Assembly (NCBI GenBank): GCA_947388185.1
Contig: CANDQP010000001.1
Coordinates: 17,604-81,603 of the forward strand
Source: an uncultured Dorea sp.
GTDB taxonomy: Bacteria > Bacillota > Clostridia > Lachnospirales > Lachnospiraceae
Direction: 5' to 3'
Length of the DNA: 64,000 nucleotides
Every line of letters begins with the position of its first letter. Positions within the stretch are counted from its first letter, which is position 1. Under the pieces are notes generated by a model that made no database searches, was not told the DNA's origin, and worked only from the letters and a program-made list of their open reading frames with translations. A program made the position numbers and the translations under genes. This document shows positions 17,437-26,073 of the stretch, in pieces.

Positions 17437-18996
17437 ATGAAATTATACAAGAAGCTTACGGTGATATTTGCCGTGTGTATCTTAAGCTTCGGAATACTGG
17501 CATGTGCGGCGGGTTTCAAAGCGAATTACCGCCGGGAGCAGGAGCGCAACCAGGCTTATCTGCTTCGGTGTGCGCATCTTGCGGCGAAGATATTTCGGCA
17601 GTCAGACGTGGCAGAGCTTGCGTCAGACGGTGACAGCATTTATTATCAGGACTGTAAAAGAGAGATGGACCAGATTCAGAAGGAAATGGGATTAAAGTAT
17701 GTCTATACCTATGTCCCCTCTGAGGATGGGAGGTCGCTGACGGTCGCAATGATCTCGGGAATGACAGAGGATACCGGGTGGAAGCCGGGACAGATCGTGG
17801 AAGAAGAGGTACCTTCGGAGGCGCTTCATGTATATGAGGGAAGGGAAGAGAGCGGCTTTCGGATCGTCAGGAATCAATATGGCTATGTGGCGACCGCGTA
17901 CTGTCCGGTCTATGGGCCGGACGGAAGGATCCAGGCAGTAACGGGCGCGGATCTGGAACGCCTGGAGGTTGTGTCTGCGTATTTCAGGGAGGTCAGATGG
18001 GTATCCGCATGGATTCTTGCAGGCTGCGGGGTACTGTTCTTCCTGCTTCGGTACTTAAGCCGGCACTGTGTGATCCGTCCTGTCGTAGAATTGTCGGAGC
18101 ATATGGGACACTTCGTAAGAGACAGGGAGGAAGGGAGAGAATTTGCACGGCTCGCGGTCAAGAGCCGGGATGAGATCGGGCAGATGACCGAGACATTTAA
18201 CCAGATGGCGGAAGAGCTTGCATACTATATAAAGCAGACGGCAGATATGGCGGCTGCGGCGGAGCGCAAGAGGGCCGAGATGGAAGCCGCAAAGCGCATC
18301 CAGGAGGCAAGCCTGCCGGATGGAGATGACCCATATAAGGACGATCCCCGCTTCAGCCTCTATGCCGGTATGAAGGCGGCGAGACAGGTCGGGGGTGACT
18401 TCTATGATCATTTCAAGATATCCGATGACCGGCTTGCCACCGTGATCGGGGATGTCTCCGGCAAGGGGATCACGGCGGCGCTGTTCATGATGCGTGCCAT
18501 GACATTGATAAGAGAGCGGACACTGGAAGGAAGCGCTCCCTCCCGGATACTGGAGCAGGCCAATCAGGAGCTATGCGTCAGAAATCCATCGGGAATGTTC
18601 GTCACAGTATTCATCGGGATTCTGAACCTGAACACCGGAAGATATAGCTTCGCCAGCGCCGGTCACAATCCGCCTTACCTGTGCCGCGGTAATTTTGAAG
18701 CCATTCGCCTTGAATCAGGAGTCCCGTTAGGACTGTTTGAAGACGAAGAATATGTAAGCGCCGACCTGGAACTGAATTCCGGCGACAGCCTGTTCCTATA
18801 CACAGACGGCATAACCGAAGCCATGAACCGGGGGAAAGAACTATGGGGAGAAGTACGGCTTAAGGAGACATTGAATCTGCATCAAGATAAAACATGCGCC
18901 GAACTGCTCCATATGATTGACCATGCTGTAGCCGAGTTCGCAGGCGATGCAGAGCAGGCCGACGATATCACCATGCTCTGCCTGAAATATAATTGA
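17437..18996 (+). CDS. membrane-bound sensor phosphatase: TM - extracytoplasmic domain - TM - HAMP - PP2C/SpoIIE domain (RsbU/SpoIIE-like)
   Basis: 519 aa, starting 4 nt after the antiporter stop. It has HAMP DEIGQMTETFNQMAEEL and PP2C/SpoIIE motifs GGDFYDHF, IGDVSGKGITAALFM, AGHNPPY and TDGITEA. Confidence 0.85.
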   Translation: MKLYKKLTVIFAVCILSFGILACAAGFKANYRREQERNQAYLLRCAHLAAKIFRQSDVAELASDGDSIYYQDCKREMDQIQKEMGLKYVYTYVPSEDGRSLTVAMISGMTEDTGWKPGQIVEEEVPSEALHVYEGREESGFRIVRNQYGYVATAYCPVYGPDGRIQAVTGADLERLEVVSAYFREVRWVSAWILAGCGVLFFLLRYLSRHCVIRPVVELSEHMGHFVRDREEGREFARLAVKSRDEIGQMTETFNQMAEELAYYIKQTADMAAAAERKRAEMEAAKRIQEASLPDGDDPYKDDPRFSLYAGMKAARQVGGDFYDHFKISDDRLATVIGDVSGKGITAALFMMRAMTLIRERTLEGSAPSRILEQANQELCVRNPSGMFVTVFIGILNLNTGRYSFASAGHNPPYLCRGNFEAIRLESGVPLGLFEDEEYVSADLELNSGDSLFLYTDGITEAMNRGKELWGEVRLKETLNLHQDKTCAELLHMIDHAVAEFAGDAEQADDITMLCLKYN

Positions 18997-19019
18997 AAAG
19001 AACACAAGGAGGATTCACC

Positions 19020-19340
19020 ATGACAATCACAATGAAAACAGAAGGCACCGCTGCCACGCTCCACGTAGAGGGCTGGCTTGATACCCAGTCTTCCCCTGAT
19101 CTTGGGAAGGCGGTCAAAGCGCTCCCGGAGGAGACGGCCGCCCTGATACTGGATTTTAAGAAGCTGGAGTATATCTCATCCTCCGGCCTTCGGGAAGTAG
19201 TAGCGGCATATAAGAAGATGAAGGATAAAAACGGCACATTCTCTGTGATCCATGTAGGGAACGAGGTCATGGATGTGTTCCGTCTTACCGGGTTTGACAA
19301 GAAACTGGATATCAGAAGCGCAGGAGAGGTGATAAGATGA
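19020..19340 (+). CDS. STAS-domain protein (anti-sigma-factor antagonist family, SpoIIAA/RsbV-like)
   Basis: ATG 19020 follows an AAGGAGG RBS; the track starts at TTG 18993. It has the conserved phosphorylatable-serine motif LEYISSSGLREVV and the C-terminal VFRLTGFDK. Its stop overlaps the NRPS start (ATGA at 19337-19340). Confidence 0.85.
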   Translation: MTITMKTEGTAATLHVEGWLDTQSSPDLGKAVKALPEETAALILDFKKLEYISSSGLREVVAAYKKMKDKNGTFSVIHVGNEVMDVFRLTGFDKKLDIRSAGEVIR

Positions 19341-22300
19341 GAGATGATTTTGCATATTACGGCGATATAGTCAGGGAGCCGGAGCTGGATTCCTGCCTGC
19401 TTGCCGATCATGACGGGACGGGAATGACGGAAGCGGAATATATACACAGTGTGAAGAAGGAAGCGGCGCTGGCGGCGGCTTCTTTTTGTATGGAACGGGA
19501 ATGGGATATGATAGAGTTGGCAAAATCAGTCCTGATGCTTGTATTATCGAAGTATACCGGCCATACGGCGGCGCTGGCGGCAGTTGCGGCAAAGGGGCGG
19601 TTGTTCCCGGTATTCCTTGACAGCGAGAAGACGCCGGATTTCCGGGAGTATTATGGCGGCTATATCAGGCAGGCGGAAGATAGCAGGATGCATGATGAGA
19701 TTCCCTTTGAAGAGCTTCGGGCGGAATTCGGATGGAGTTCTTTTCCTTATCTTACGAGTGAAGCCGGATTCTATGATTCCTTCTCGCTGGGGGATTATCA
19801 GGACAGCAAGGCGAAGCTTGGGATCTGCACTGTAATTGCAGGGCGCAAGCTTGTAGTGAAGGTAAAATATAACAGAGAAATATACGATCAGAAGACGATA
19901 GAGCGATTCCTTGAATCCTTTGATGCGGTCCTTATGCAGGTTGCAAAGGGAGAAGCCCGGATCGCGGAGTTGTCTCTGCTTACGGATAACTTGTCGGCAG
20001 AATTGGATGCATTGAACCGGACGGAATGCCCTTATGATGAGAATCGCACGGTGGTAGATCTGATCCAGGAGGCAATCGGGCGCTATGGTGACCGGACGGC
20101 GGTAGTCTATCGGGACCATAAGATGACCTATCGGCAGTTCGGGGAGATGACGGACCGGATCGCATCTTACATCCATTCCAGAGGAATCGGAAGGGAGGAT
20201 GTGGTGGCGATCCTGATACCCAGATGTGAGTATATGCCGGCTGCAGCTTACGGCGTAGTGAAAGCAGGAGCGGCTTATCAGCCGTTGGATCCAAGCTATC
20301 CGCCGGAGCGGCTGAAATTCATGATGGAGGATGCGAAGGTAAGGCTTCTGATCGCGGAGGAAGCGCTACTTCTTTTGGTGCCGGATTATGAGGGGGAGGT
20401 GCTGACGATAGAGGAGCTTGCCGGACTGCCGGACGCTGCGGCGGCAGAGGAGCTTAAGCCATGGTATCCGTCTAAGGAGGATCTGTTTATTCTGCTCTAC
20501 ACCTCGGGAACGACGGGGCTTCCCAAGGGTGTGATGCTGGAGCACGGCAACCTTGCGGCCTTCATCCACTGGTATCGGAATTATTATCATATGACGGAAG
20601 ACAGCAGGGCGGCGGCGTATGCTTCCTTTGGTTTTGACGCCAACATGATGGATACGTATCCGGCCCTGGCAAGCGGCGGGCAGGTACATATTATTGAGGA
20701 AGAGATCCGGCTTGAGCTTCTCGCGCTTCGGAATTACTTCGAGAAGAATCAGATCACCCACAGCTTCATGACGACCCAGGTGGGAAGACAGTACGCCAGC
20801 CTGTTCCCGGATGCCAGGTATCCGAAATACCTGTCTGTGGGCGGGGAGACGCTTGTCCCTGTCGCTCTGCCGGAATACAGATTCTATAATGTCTATGGGC
20901 CGACGGAGTGCACCATCCTTACGACGGCATTTCCGATGGACCGGATGTATCAGAACGTTCCGATCGGCAGCGCCAATCAGAATATCCGGCTGTATGTGAC
21001 CGACCGTCACGGGAAGCGGCTTCCGGTCGGTGTTCCGGGCGAGCTGTGGATTGCCGGGCCTCAGGTGGGAAGAGGATATCTGAACCGTCCGGAGAAGACG
21101 GAAGAGGTCTTTATCAGGAATCCGTTCTCTCAGGATGAGGGTTACCGGAGAGTCTACCGTTCCGGTGACATCGTTCGTTTCCTTCCGGATGGAAATATAG
21201 AGTTCATCGGAAGGAATGACGCCCAGGTGAAGATCCGGGGATTCCGCATCGAGCTTACGGAGGTGGAAGGAGTTATCCGCGAATTCGGCGGGATCAGGGA
21301 TGTTACGGTTGCAGCCTTTGACGAGGCGGGCGGCGGCAAGTTCATTGCGGCTTACGTTGTCTCTGACGATCCGGTGGATATCGGCGCGCTGTATGCATTT
21401 ATCCGGGAGAGGAAGCCGCCTTATCTGGTTCCGGCGGTCACCATGCAGATTGATCAGATCCCGCTCACCCAGAACCATAAGGTCAATAAGCGCGCCCTTC
21501 CGGTACCTAAGAAAGAGGCGGAAGAGATCGTAAGGCCGAAGGATGAGGTTCAGCAGAGGATCTATGACTGTCTGGCGGAGATTCTGGGGTATGAGGAGTT
21601 CGGGATCACGGAGGATATTCATGAGGCGGGGCTTACATCCATCGGCGCGCTTCGTTTTATCGTGATGCTGTCCAGGGAATTCGGGGTTACGGTCAATATC
21701 AGGGATCTGACAGAGTATTCTACCATAGAGAAATTGGGGGCATATATAGAGAATGCAGAGAGGGAAGGCGCAAGGGAGATCCGGGAGAAATATCCGCTGA
21801 CACAGACGCAGCTTGGAATCTATGTGGAATGTATGATGAATCCGGGGTCAGTCTTCTATAATCTGCCGGGGAGCTTCACATTCTCAAGGGAGGTTCCGTT
21901 CAGTATAGAGAGTCTTGGCAGAAGCATAAGGAAGGTGATAGACGCCCATCCTGCCATGAAGTGCAGTATCCGGACGGATGAGAACGGAGATACCTTCATG
22001 TATCCGAATGAGGACAGGGAGGTTGTGATCGAGCAGTTTGCCGGGACGGAAGAAGAGTATGAGACGTTCTTTCAGAACTTTGCGAAGCCCTTTGACTTGG
22101 CAGAGGGGCCGTTGTATCGGATTGCCACATTTCTGACCAGGGAACATCTGTATCTGGTGACGGATTTCCACCATATCATTAGCGACGGGACATCGATCGC
22201 AGTCTTTGCCGAAGAGCTTGACCGTGTCCTCACCGGAGAGGAGCCGGCAGGAGAGGACTATTCGCAGTTTGACATAGCCGTAAGCGAGGAGAAGGCAAGA

Positions 22301-25300
22301 GAGAGCGAGGCGTATCAGAAGGCCAGGGCATACTATGATTCCGTATTTGCCGGGGTGTCCGAATGTACGGTTGTGGACCGTGACGTCTATGACGAGGAGG
22401 AGAGCTGCGGCTTCTGCCGCCGCTACAGCAGCAGACTGTCCCCCAAGCGGGTGGAGAGTTACTGCCGGAAGCATAAGATCACGCCGAATGTGTTCTTCTT
22501 CTCTGTGATGGGATATGTGCTGGGGAAATACGCCGGGAGCGAGGAGGCCTGCTTTACGACGATCTATAACGGAAGAGGCGACGGCCGGACTGCGGGTACG
22601 GCCGGGATGCTGGTGAAGACGCTGCCGGTGCTGTGTATGCTTGAGGAACAGACGGAGATCCCGGATTATGTAAGCCGTGTGCAGGAACAGCTCTTGTCTT
22701 CCATGGCTAATGATATCTACTCCTTTGCAGAGATCAGCAGGGCATATGGGATCCGTCCGGAGATCATGTTCGTCTACCAGGGGGATGATTTCGTGGAGTT
22801 TGAGATCGGCGGGCAGAAGACCATCTTTCGCGAGGCGGTGTCCGATCGGGCGAAGGCGGCGATCTCTGTGAATATCTTCCTGGAGAACGGGAAGTACCGG
22901 TATGAGTTCGAATACCGGAAGAATATGTTCAGCGAAGCGTTCATAGAAGATCTGTACGAGGTCTTGACGGAGGCGGCAGTAAGCTTCCTTGGGGCGCTGA
23001 CCCTTGGAGACGTGAACATCCTGTCGGCAAGGCAGGAGAGGCTGATCGAGAGCTTCAACGAGACGGACTATCCGGTGGAGCCGGTCAGTGTGAATCGGTT
23101 ATTTGAAGCGTGGGTGAAAAAGGCACCTCAAAGGACGGCGGTGATCGCAAACGGAGAGAAACTGACCTATGAAGAACTGAATCATCTGGCCAACCGGCTT
23201 GCCCATTCCCTGATCGGGCTTGGAGTGAAAGAAGATACCATCGTGGGCCTGATCTTAGAGAGAAGCGTCAACGTCTATATCACCAGGCAGGGAATCCTGA
23301 AGGCAGGCGGCGCATTCCTTCCGCTGGTGCCGGAGTACCCGGATGACAGGATTGATTTCTGCCTGACGGATGCCGAGTGTCCTTATGTGATCACCACGGA
23401 GCAGATCAGGGATGAGAGAAGCGCCTTGTGGGCAGGCAAGCCTTACCGGGTATTGACGGTGGAGGAATTATTGAGGGCAGAAGAGGGAAGGGAGGAGGAA
23501 TGGGAGTCTGATCCCGGACTTGTGATTCAGACCTCTTCTCTGGCATACTGCCTCTACACCTCGGGATCCACGGGACGGCCCAAGGGTGTGCTGATCGAAC
23601 ACGGCAATCTCTGTAACTTCGTCAACTCCAATCCAAAGAATCCGGAGAGCACCAGTTATACGGCCAATGGAACCGTATCCCTTGCGCTGGCTTCTATCTC
23701 TTTTGATGTGTCGGTCATGGAAGAGTTCATACCGCTGTGCAACGGTATGACCATCTGTATGGCCAACGAGGAGGAGATCCACAATCCGCTTGCCCTTGCC
23801 GAACTTCTGATCAAGAATAAAGTGGACATCATGAAGTGTACGCCGTCATATATGACGAATATCATAGAGGTTCCCCAGATGCGGGAGGCTCTTGCCGGAG
23901 TGAAGGCATTTGTCATAGGGGCGGAGCCCTATCCGCAGACACTCTACGGTAAGATGCGAAGGGTCAATCCGACGGCTGTCATCGGCAACAGCTACGGGCC
24001 GACGGAGTGTACCGTGAGCTGTACCACGAAGATATTGGAGAATGACGGCGAGATCACGATCGGCGGTCCGCTCACGAATATGAAGCTCTATGTGGTTAAT
24101 CGGAAGAATAAGCTTCTCCCGGTGGGAGTAAGCGGCGAGCTGATCATATGCGGAGCCGGTGTGGGGAGAGGTTATGTGAAGCTTCCGGATAAGAACAGGA
24201 AGTCCTTCTTTAGGCTTCGCGGGCTTCCTGCCTATCACAGCGGGGATCTTGTCAAATGGAACCGAAAGGGCGAGATCGTGTTCCAGGGGAGGCTTGATAA
24301 TCAGGTGAAGCTTCGAGGACTTAGGGTGGAGTTAGACGAGGTTGAGGGTGCGATCAACACATTTGACGGAGTGAAGACAAGCAAGGTGATCGTAAGGAGT
24401 AACGGAAGCGAAGAGTATCTTGCAGGATATTTTACGGCGGAGAAGGAGATTGACCTTGCCATGCTCACAGAGCATTTAAGATCGAAACTCACCCATTATA
24501 TGGTGCCGAATGCCCTGATGCAGCTTGAGAAGATGCCCCTTACCGTCAACGGAAAGATTGACAAGAAGCAGCTTCCCAAGATCACTTACCAGGCGGCAGA
24601 AAGAGAATATGTGGAGCCTGTTACCGAACTTCAAAGGGAACTGTGCGGCAAATTTGCCGAGATCCTGACTCTTGACAGGGTAGGGATTACGGATAACTTT
24701 TTCGAGATCGGGGGCACATCCTTAAGTGCGACGAAGATTGTCATGTATGCGATCACAGAGGGGTATCCGGTGGTTTATAAGGATGTCTTCGCCAACCCAA
24801 CGCCGAAGAAACTTGCTGAATTCATTGAAGGGAAAGGGGTTCAGAAGACAGAGTGTAAGGATGCGGCGTCGGATATCAAGGAGTATGATTATTCTGCAAT
24901 CTGCAGGCTGCTCTCAAGGAACTGCAGCGAGAATGTGGAGCAGATCAAAGAAGGAAGCCTTAGCAATATCCTGCTTACGGGCGCGACCGGATTCTTAGGC
25001 ATCCATGTGCTGCGTGAATTCCTGTTAGGCTATAAGGGCAGGGCATACTGTCTGGTGCGGAAAGGGAATTATCCATCCAGCGAAAAAAGGCTGATGAATA
25101 TGCTGATGTATTACTTTGATACGCCGTTTCTGGATGCGTTTGAGGAACGGATCGTGTGTATCGACGGCGATATTACGGACCGGGATATGGTGCTAAGCCT
25201 TGAGGCGCTTCCATTTGCCACGGTGATCAACTGCGCGGCCTGTGTGAAGCATTTTGTGAAGGACGATCTGTTGGATCGGATCAATGTGGAGGGCGTCAGG

Positions 25301-26059
25301 AATATCACAGAGCTCTGCAGGCGGGCGGGCAGGCGTCTGGTACAGATTTCAACCACGTCCGTGGCTGGAGAGGGCAATGCGCATACGGTGCCGTCTACGA
25401 AGCTCATGCGGGAAGACGAACTGTACTTCGGCCAGATCTTGGAAAATGATTATATACGGACGAAGTTCCTGGCAGAACGTGTGATACTGGAGGCATGTGC
25501 AAAGGGCGAAGTAGAGGCGAAGATCATCCGTGTGGGGAATCTCATGAGCAGGAGATCAGACGGAGAGTTCCAGATTAATTTCGTAACCAATGGGTTCATG
25601 CGTGCCCTGGCGGCATACAAGACTCTGGGATGCTTCCCAATGGGAATGATGCATGCGCCGGCGGAGTTCTCGCCCATTGATTCCACGGCTCTGGCAGTGC
25701 TGAAGCTTGCGGCAAGCGATGGTGGTTTTACTGTTTTCCATGCTTATAACAGCCACCGGATCTATATGTCGGATGTGATCTATGCCATGCGCTCCTATGG
25801 GTTTGCCATCCGTATCGTACCGGATGACGAGTTCGAGAGGGTTCTTCATGAGACGGCGAAGGAAGGAGAGAAGAGCGATGCGGTTCTCGGCCTGATCGCC
25901 TATGCATCGGATGACGAGGAGCGGCGCTATGAACTGAAGTCGGATAACTTGTTTACAGCAGAAGCCCTCTATCGTCTTGGATACAAATGGCCGATCACGG
26001 ACGACCGGTATCTTGAGAATGCGATCGGTGCGTTGGATGGGCTGGAGTTTTTTGGATAA
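19337..26059 (+). CDS. bimodular non-ribosomal peptide synthetase, (partial C)-A-T-C-A-T-R with terminal thioester reductase
   Basis: 2240 aa. Approximate domains by motif:
- N-terminal C-lobe-like region without HHxxxDG: 19337-20011.
- A1 (20054-21511): LYTSGTTGLPKG, YGPTE, GELWIAGPQVGRGY, YRSGD, GRNDAQVKIRGFRIEL.
- T1 (21539-21751): EAGLTSIG.
- C (21785-23041): HHIISDG.
- A2 (23099-24571): LYTSGSTGRPKG, YGPTE, GELIICGAGVGRGY, YHSGD, GRLDNQVKLRGLRVEL.
- T2 (24608-24826): FFEIGGTSLSA.
- R (24959-26056): LLTGATGFLGIHVL, YIRTK. Confidence 0.95.
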   Translation: MRDDFAYYGDIVREPELDSCLLADHDGTGMTEAEYIHSVKKEAALAAASFCMEREWDMIELAKSVLMLVLSKYTGHTAALAAVAAKGRLFPVFLDSEKTPDFREYYGGYIRQAEDSRMHDEIPFEELRAEFGWSSFPYLTSEAGFYDSFSLGDYQDSKAKLGICTVIAGRKLVVKVKYNREIYDQKTIERFLESFDAVLMQVAKGEARIAELSLLTDNLSAELDALNRTECPYDENRTVVDLIQEAIGRYGDRTAVVYRDHKMTYRQFGEMTDRIASYIHSRGIGREDVVAILIPRCEYMPAAAYGVVKAGAAYQPLDPSYPPERLKFMMEDAKVRLLIAEEALLLLVPDYEGEVLTIEELAGLPDAAAAEELKPWYPSKEDLFILLYTSGTTGLPKGVMLEHGNLAAFIHWYRNYYHMTEDSRAAAYASFGFDANMMDTYPALASGGQVHIIEEEIRLELLALRNYFEKNQITHSFMTTQVGRQYASLFPDARYPKYLSVGGETLVPVALPEYRFYNVYGPTECTILTTAFPMDRMYQNVPIGSANQNIRLYVTDRHGKRLPVGVPGELWIAGPQVGRGYLNRPEKTEEVFIRNPFSQDEGYRRVYRSGDIVRFLPDGNIEFIGRNDAQVKIRGFRIELTEVEGVIREFGGIRDVTVAAFDEAGGGKFIAAYVVSDDPVDIGALYAFIRERKPPYLVPAVTMQIDQIPLTQNHKVNKRALPVPKKEAEEIVRPKDEVQQRIYDCLAEILGYEEFGITEDIHEAGLTSIGALRFIVMLSREFGVTVNIRDLTEYSTIEKLGAYIENAEREGAREIREKYPLTQTQLGIYVECMMNPGSVFYNLPGSFTFSREVPFSIESLGRSIRKVIDAHPAMKCSIRTDENGDTFMYPNEDREVVIEQFAGTEEEYETFFQNFAKPFDLAEGPLYRIATFLTREHLYLVTDFHHIISDGTSIAVFAEELDRVLTGEEPAGEDYSQFDIAVSEEKARESEAYQKARAYYDSVFAGVSECTVVDRDVYDEEESCGFCRRYSSRLSPKRVESYCRKHKITPNVFFFSVMGYVLGKYAGSEEACFTTIYNGRGDGRTAGTAGMLVKTLPVLCMLEEQTEIPDYVSRVQEQLLSSMANDIYSFAEISRAYGIRPEIMFVYQGDDFVEFEIGGQKTIFREAVSDRAKAAISVNIFLENGKYRYEFEYRKNMFSEAFIEDLYEVLTEAAVSFLGALTLGDVNILSARQERLIESFNETDYPVEPVSVNRLFEAWVKKAPQRTAVIANGEKLTYEELNHLANRLAHSLIGLGVKEDTIVGLILERSVNVYITRQGILKAGGAFLPLVPEYPDDRIDFCLTDAECPYVITTEQIRDERSALWAGKPYRVLTVEELLRAEEGREEEWESDPGLVIQTSSLAYCLYTSGSTGRPKGVLIEHGNLCNFVNSNPKNPESTSYTANGTVSLALASISFDVSVMEEFIPLCNGMTICMANEEEIHNPLALAELLIKNKVDIMKCTPSYMTNIIEVPQMREALAGVKAFVIGAEPYPQTLYGKMRRVNPTAVIGNSYGPTECTVSCTTKILENDGEITIGGPLTNMKLYVVNRKNKLLPVGVSGELIICGAGVGRGYVKLPDKNRKSFFRLRGLPAYHSGDLVKWNRKGEIVFQGRLDNQVKLRGLRVELDEVEGAINTFDGVKTSKVIVRSNGSEEYLAGYFTAEKEIDLAMLTEHLRSKLTHYMVPNALMQLEKMPLTVNGKIDKKQLPKITYQAAEREYVEPVTELQRELCGKFAEILTLDRVGITDNFFEIGGTSLSATKIVMYAITEGYPVVYKDVFANPTPKKLAEFIEGKGVQKTECKDAASDIKEYDYSAICRLLSRNCSENVEQIKEGSLSNILLTGATGFLGIHVLREFLLGYKGRAYCLVRKGNYPSSEKRLMNMLMYYFDTPFLDAFEERIVCIDGDITDRDMVLSLEALPFATVINCAACVKHFVKDDLLDRINVEGVRNITELCRRAGRRLVQISTTSVAGEGNAHTVPSTKLMREDELYFGQILENDYIRTKFLAERVILEACAKGEVEAKIIRVGNLMSRRSDGEFQINFVTNGFMRALAAYKTLGCFPMGMMHAPAEFSPIDSTALAVLKLAASDGGFTVFHAYNSHRIYMSDVIYAMRSYGFAIRIVPDDEFERVLHETAKEGEKSDAVLGLIAYASDDEERRYELKSDNLFTAEALYRLGYKWPITDDRYLENAIGALDGLEFFG

Positions 26060-26073
26060 AGAAAGAGGATTCT

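Noticed and set aside
20366-21622. Long antisense ORFs inside GC-rich genes, for example 20366..21622(-), 19544..20176(-), 31264..32781(+), 37588..38673(-), 12406..13194(-), 15253..16059(-), 2308..2919(+), 60999..61679(-), 7559..8236(-) and 5650..6237(-).
   Set aside because: All are embedded opposite genes with clear family motifs. Their translations are R/P/H/L-rich with no recognisable motifs or ribosome-binding sites. This is typical of shadow ORFs in GC-rich coding DNA.
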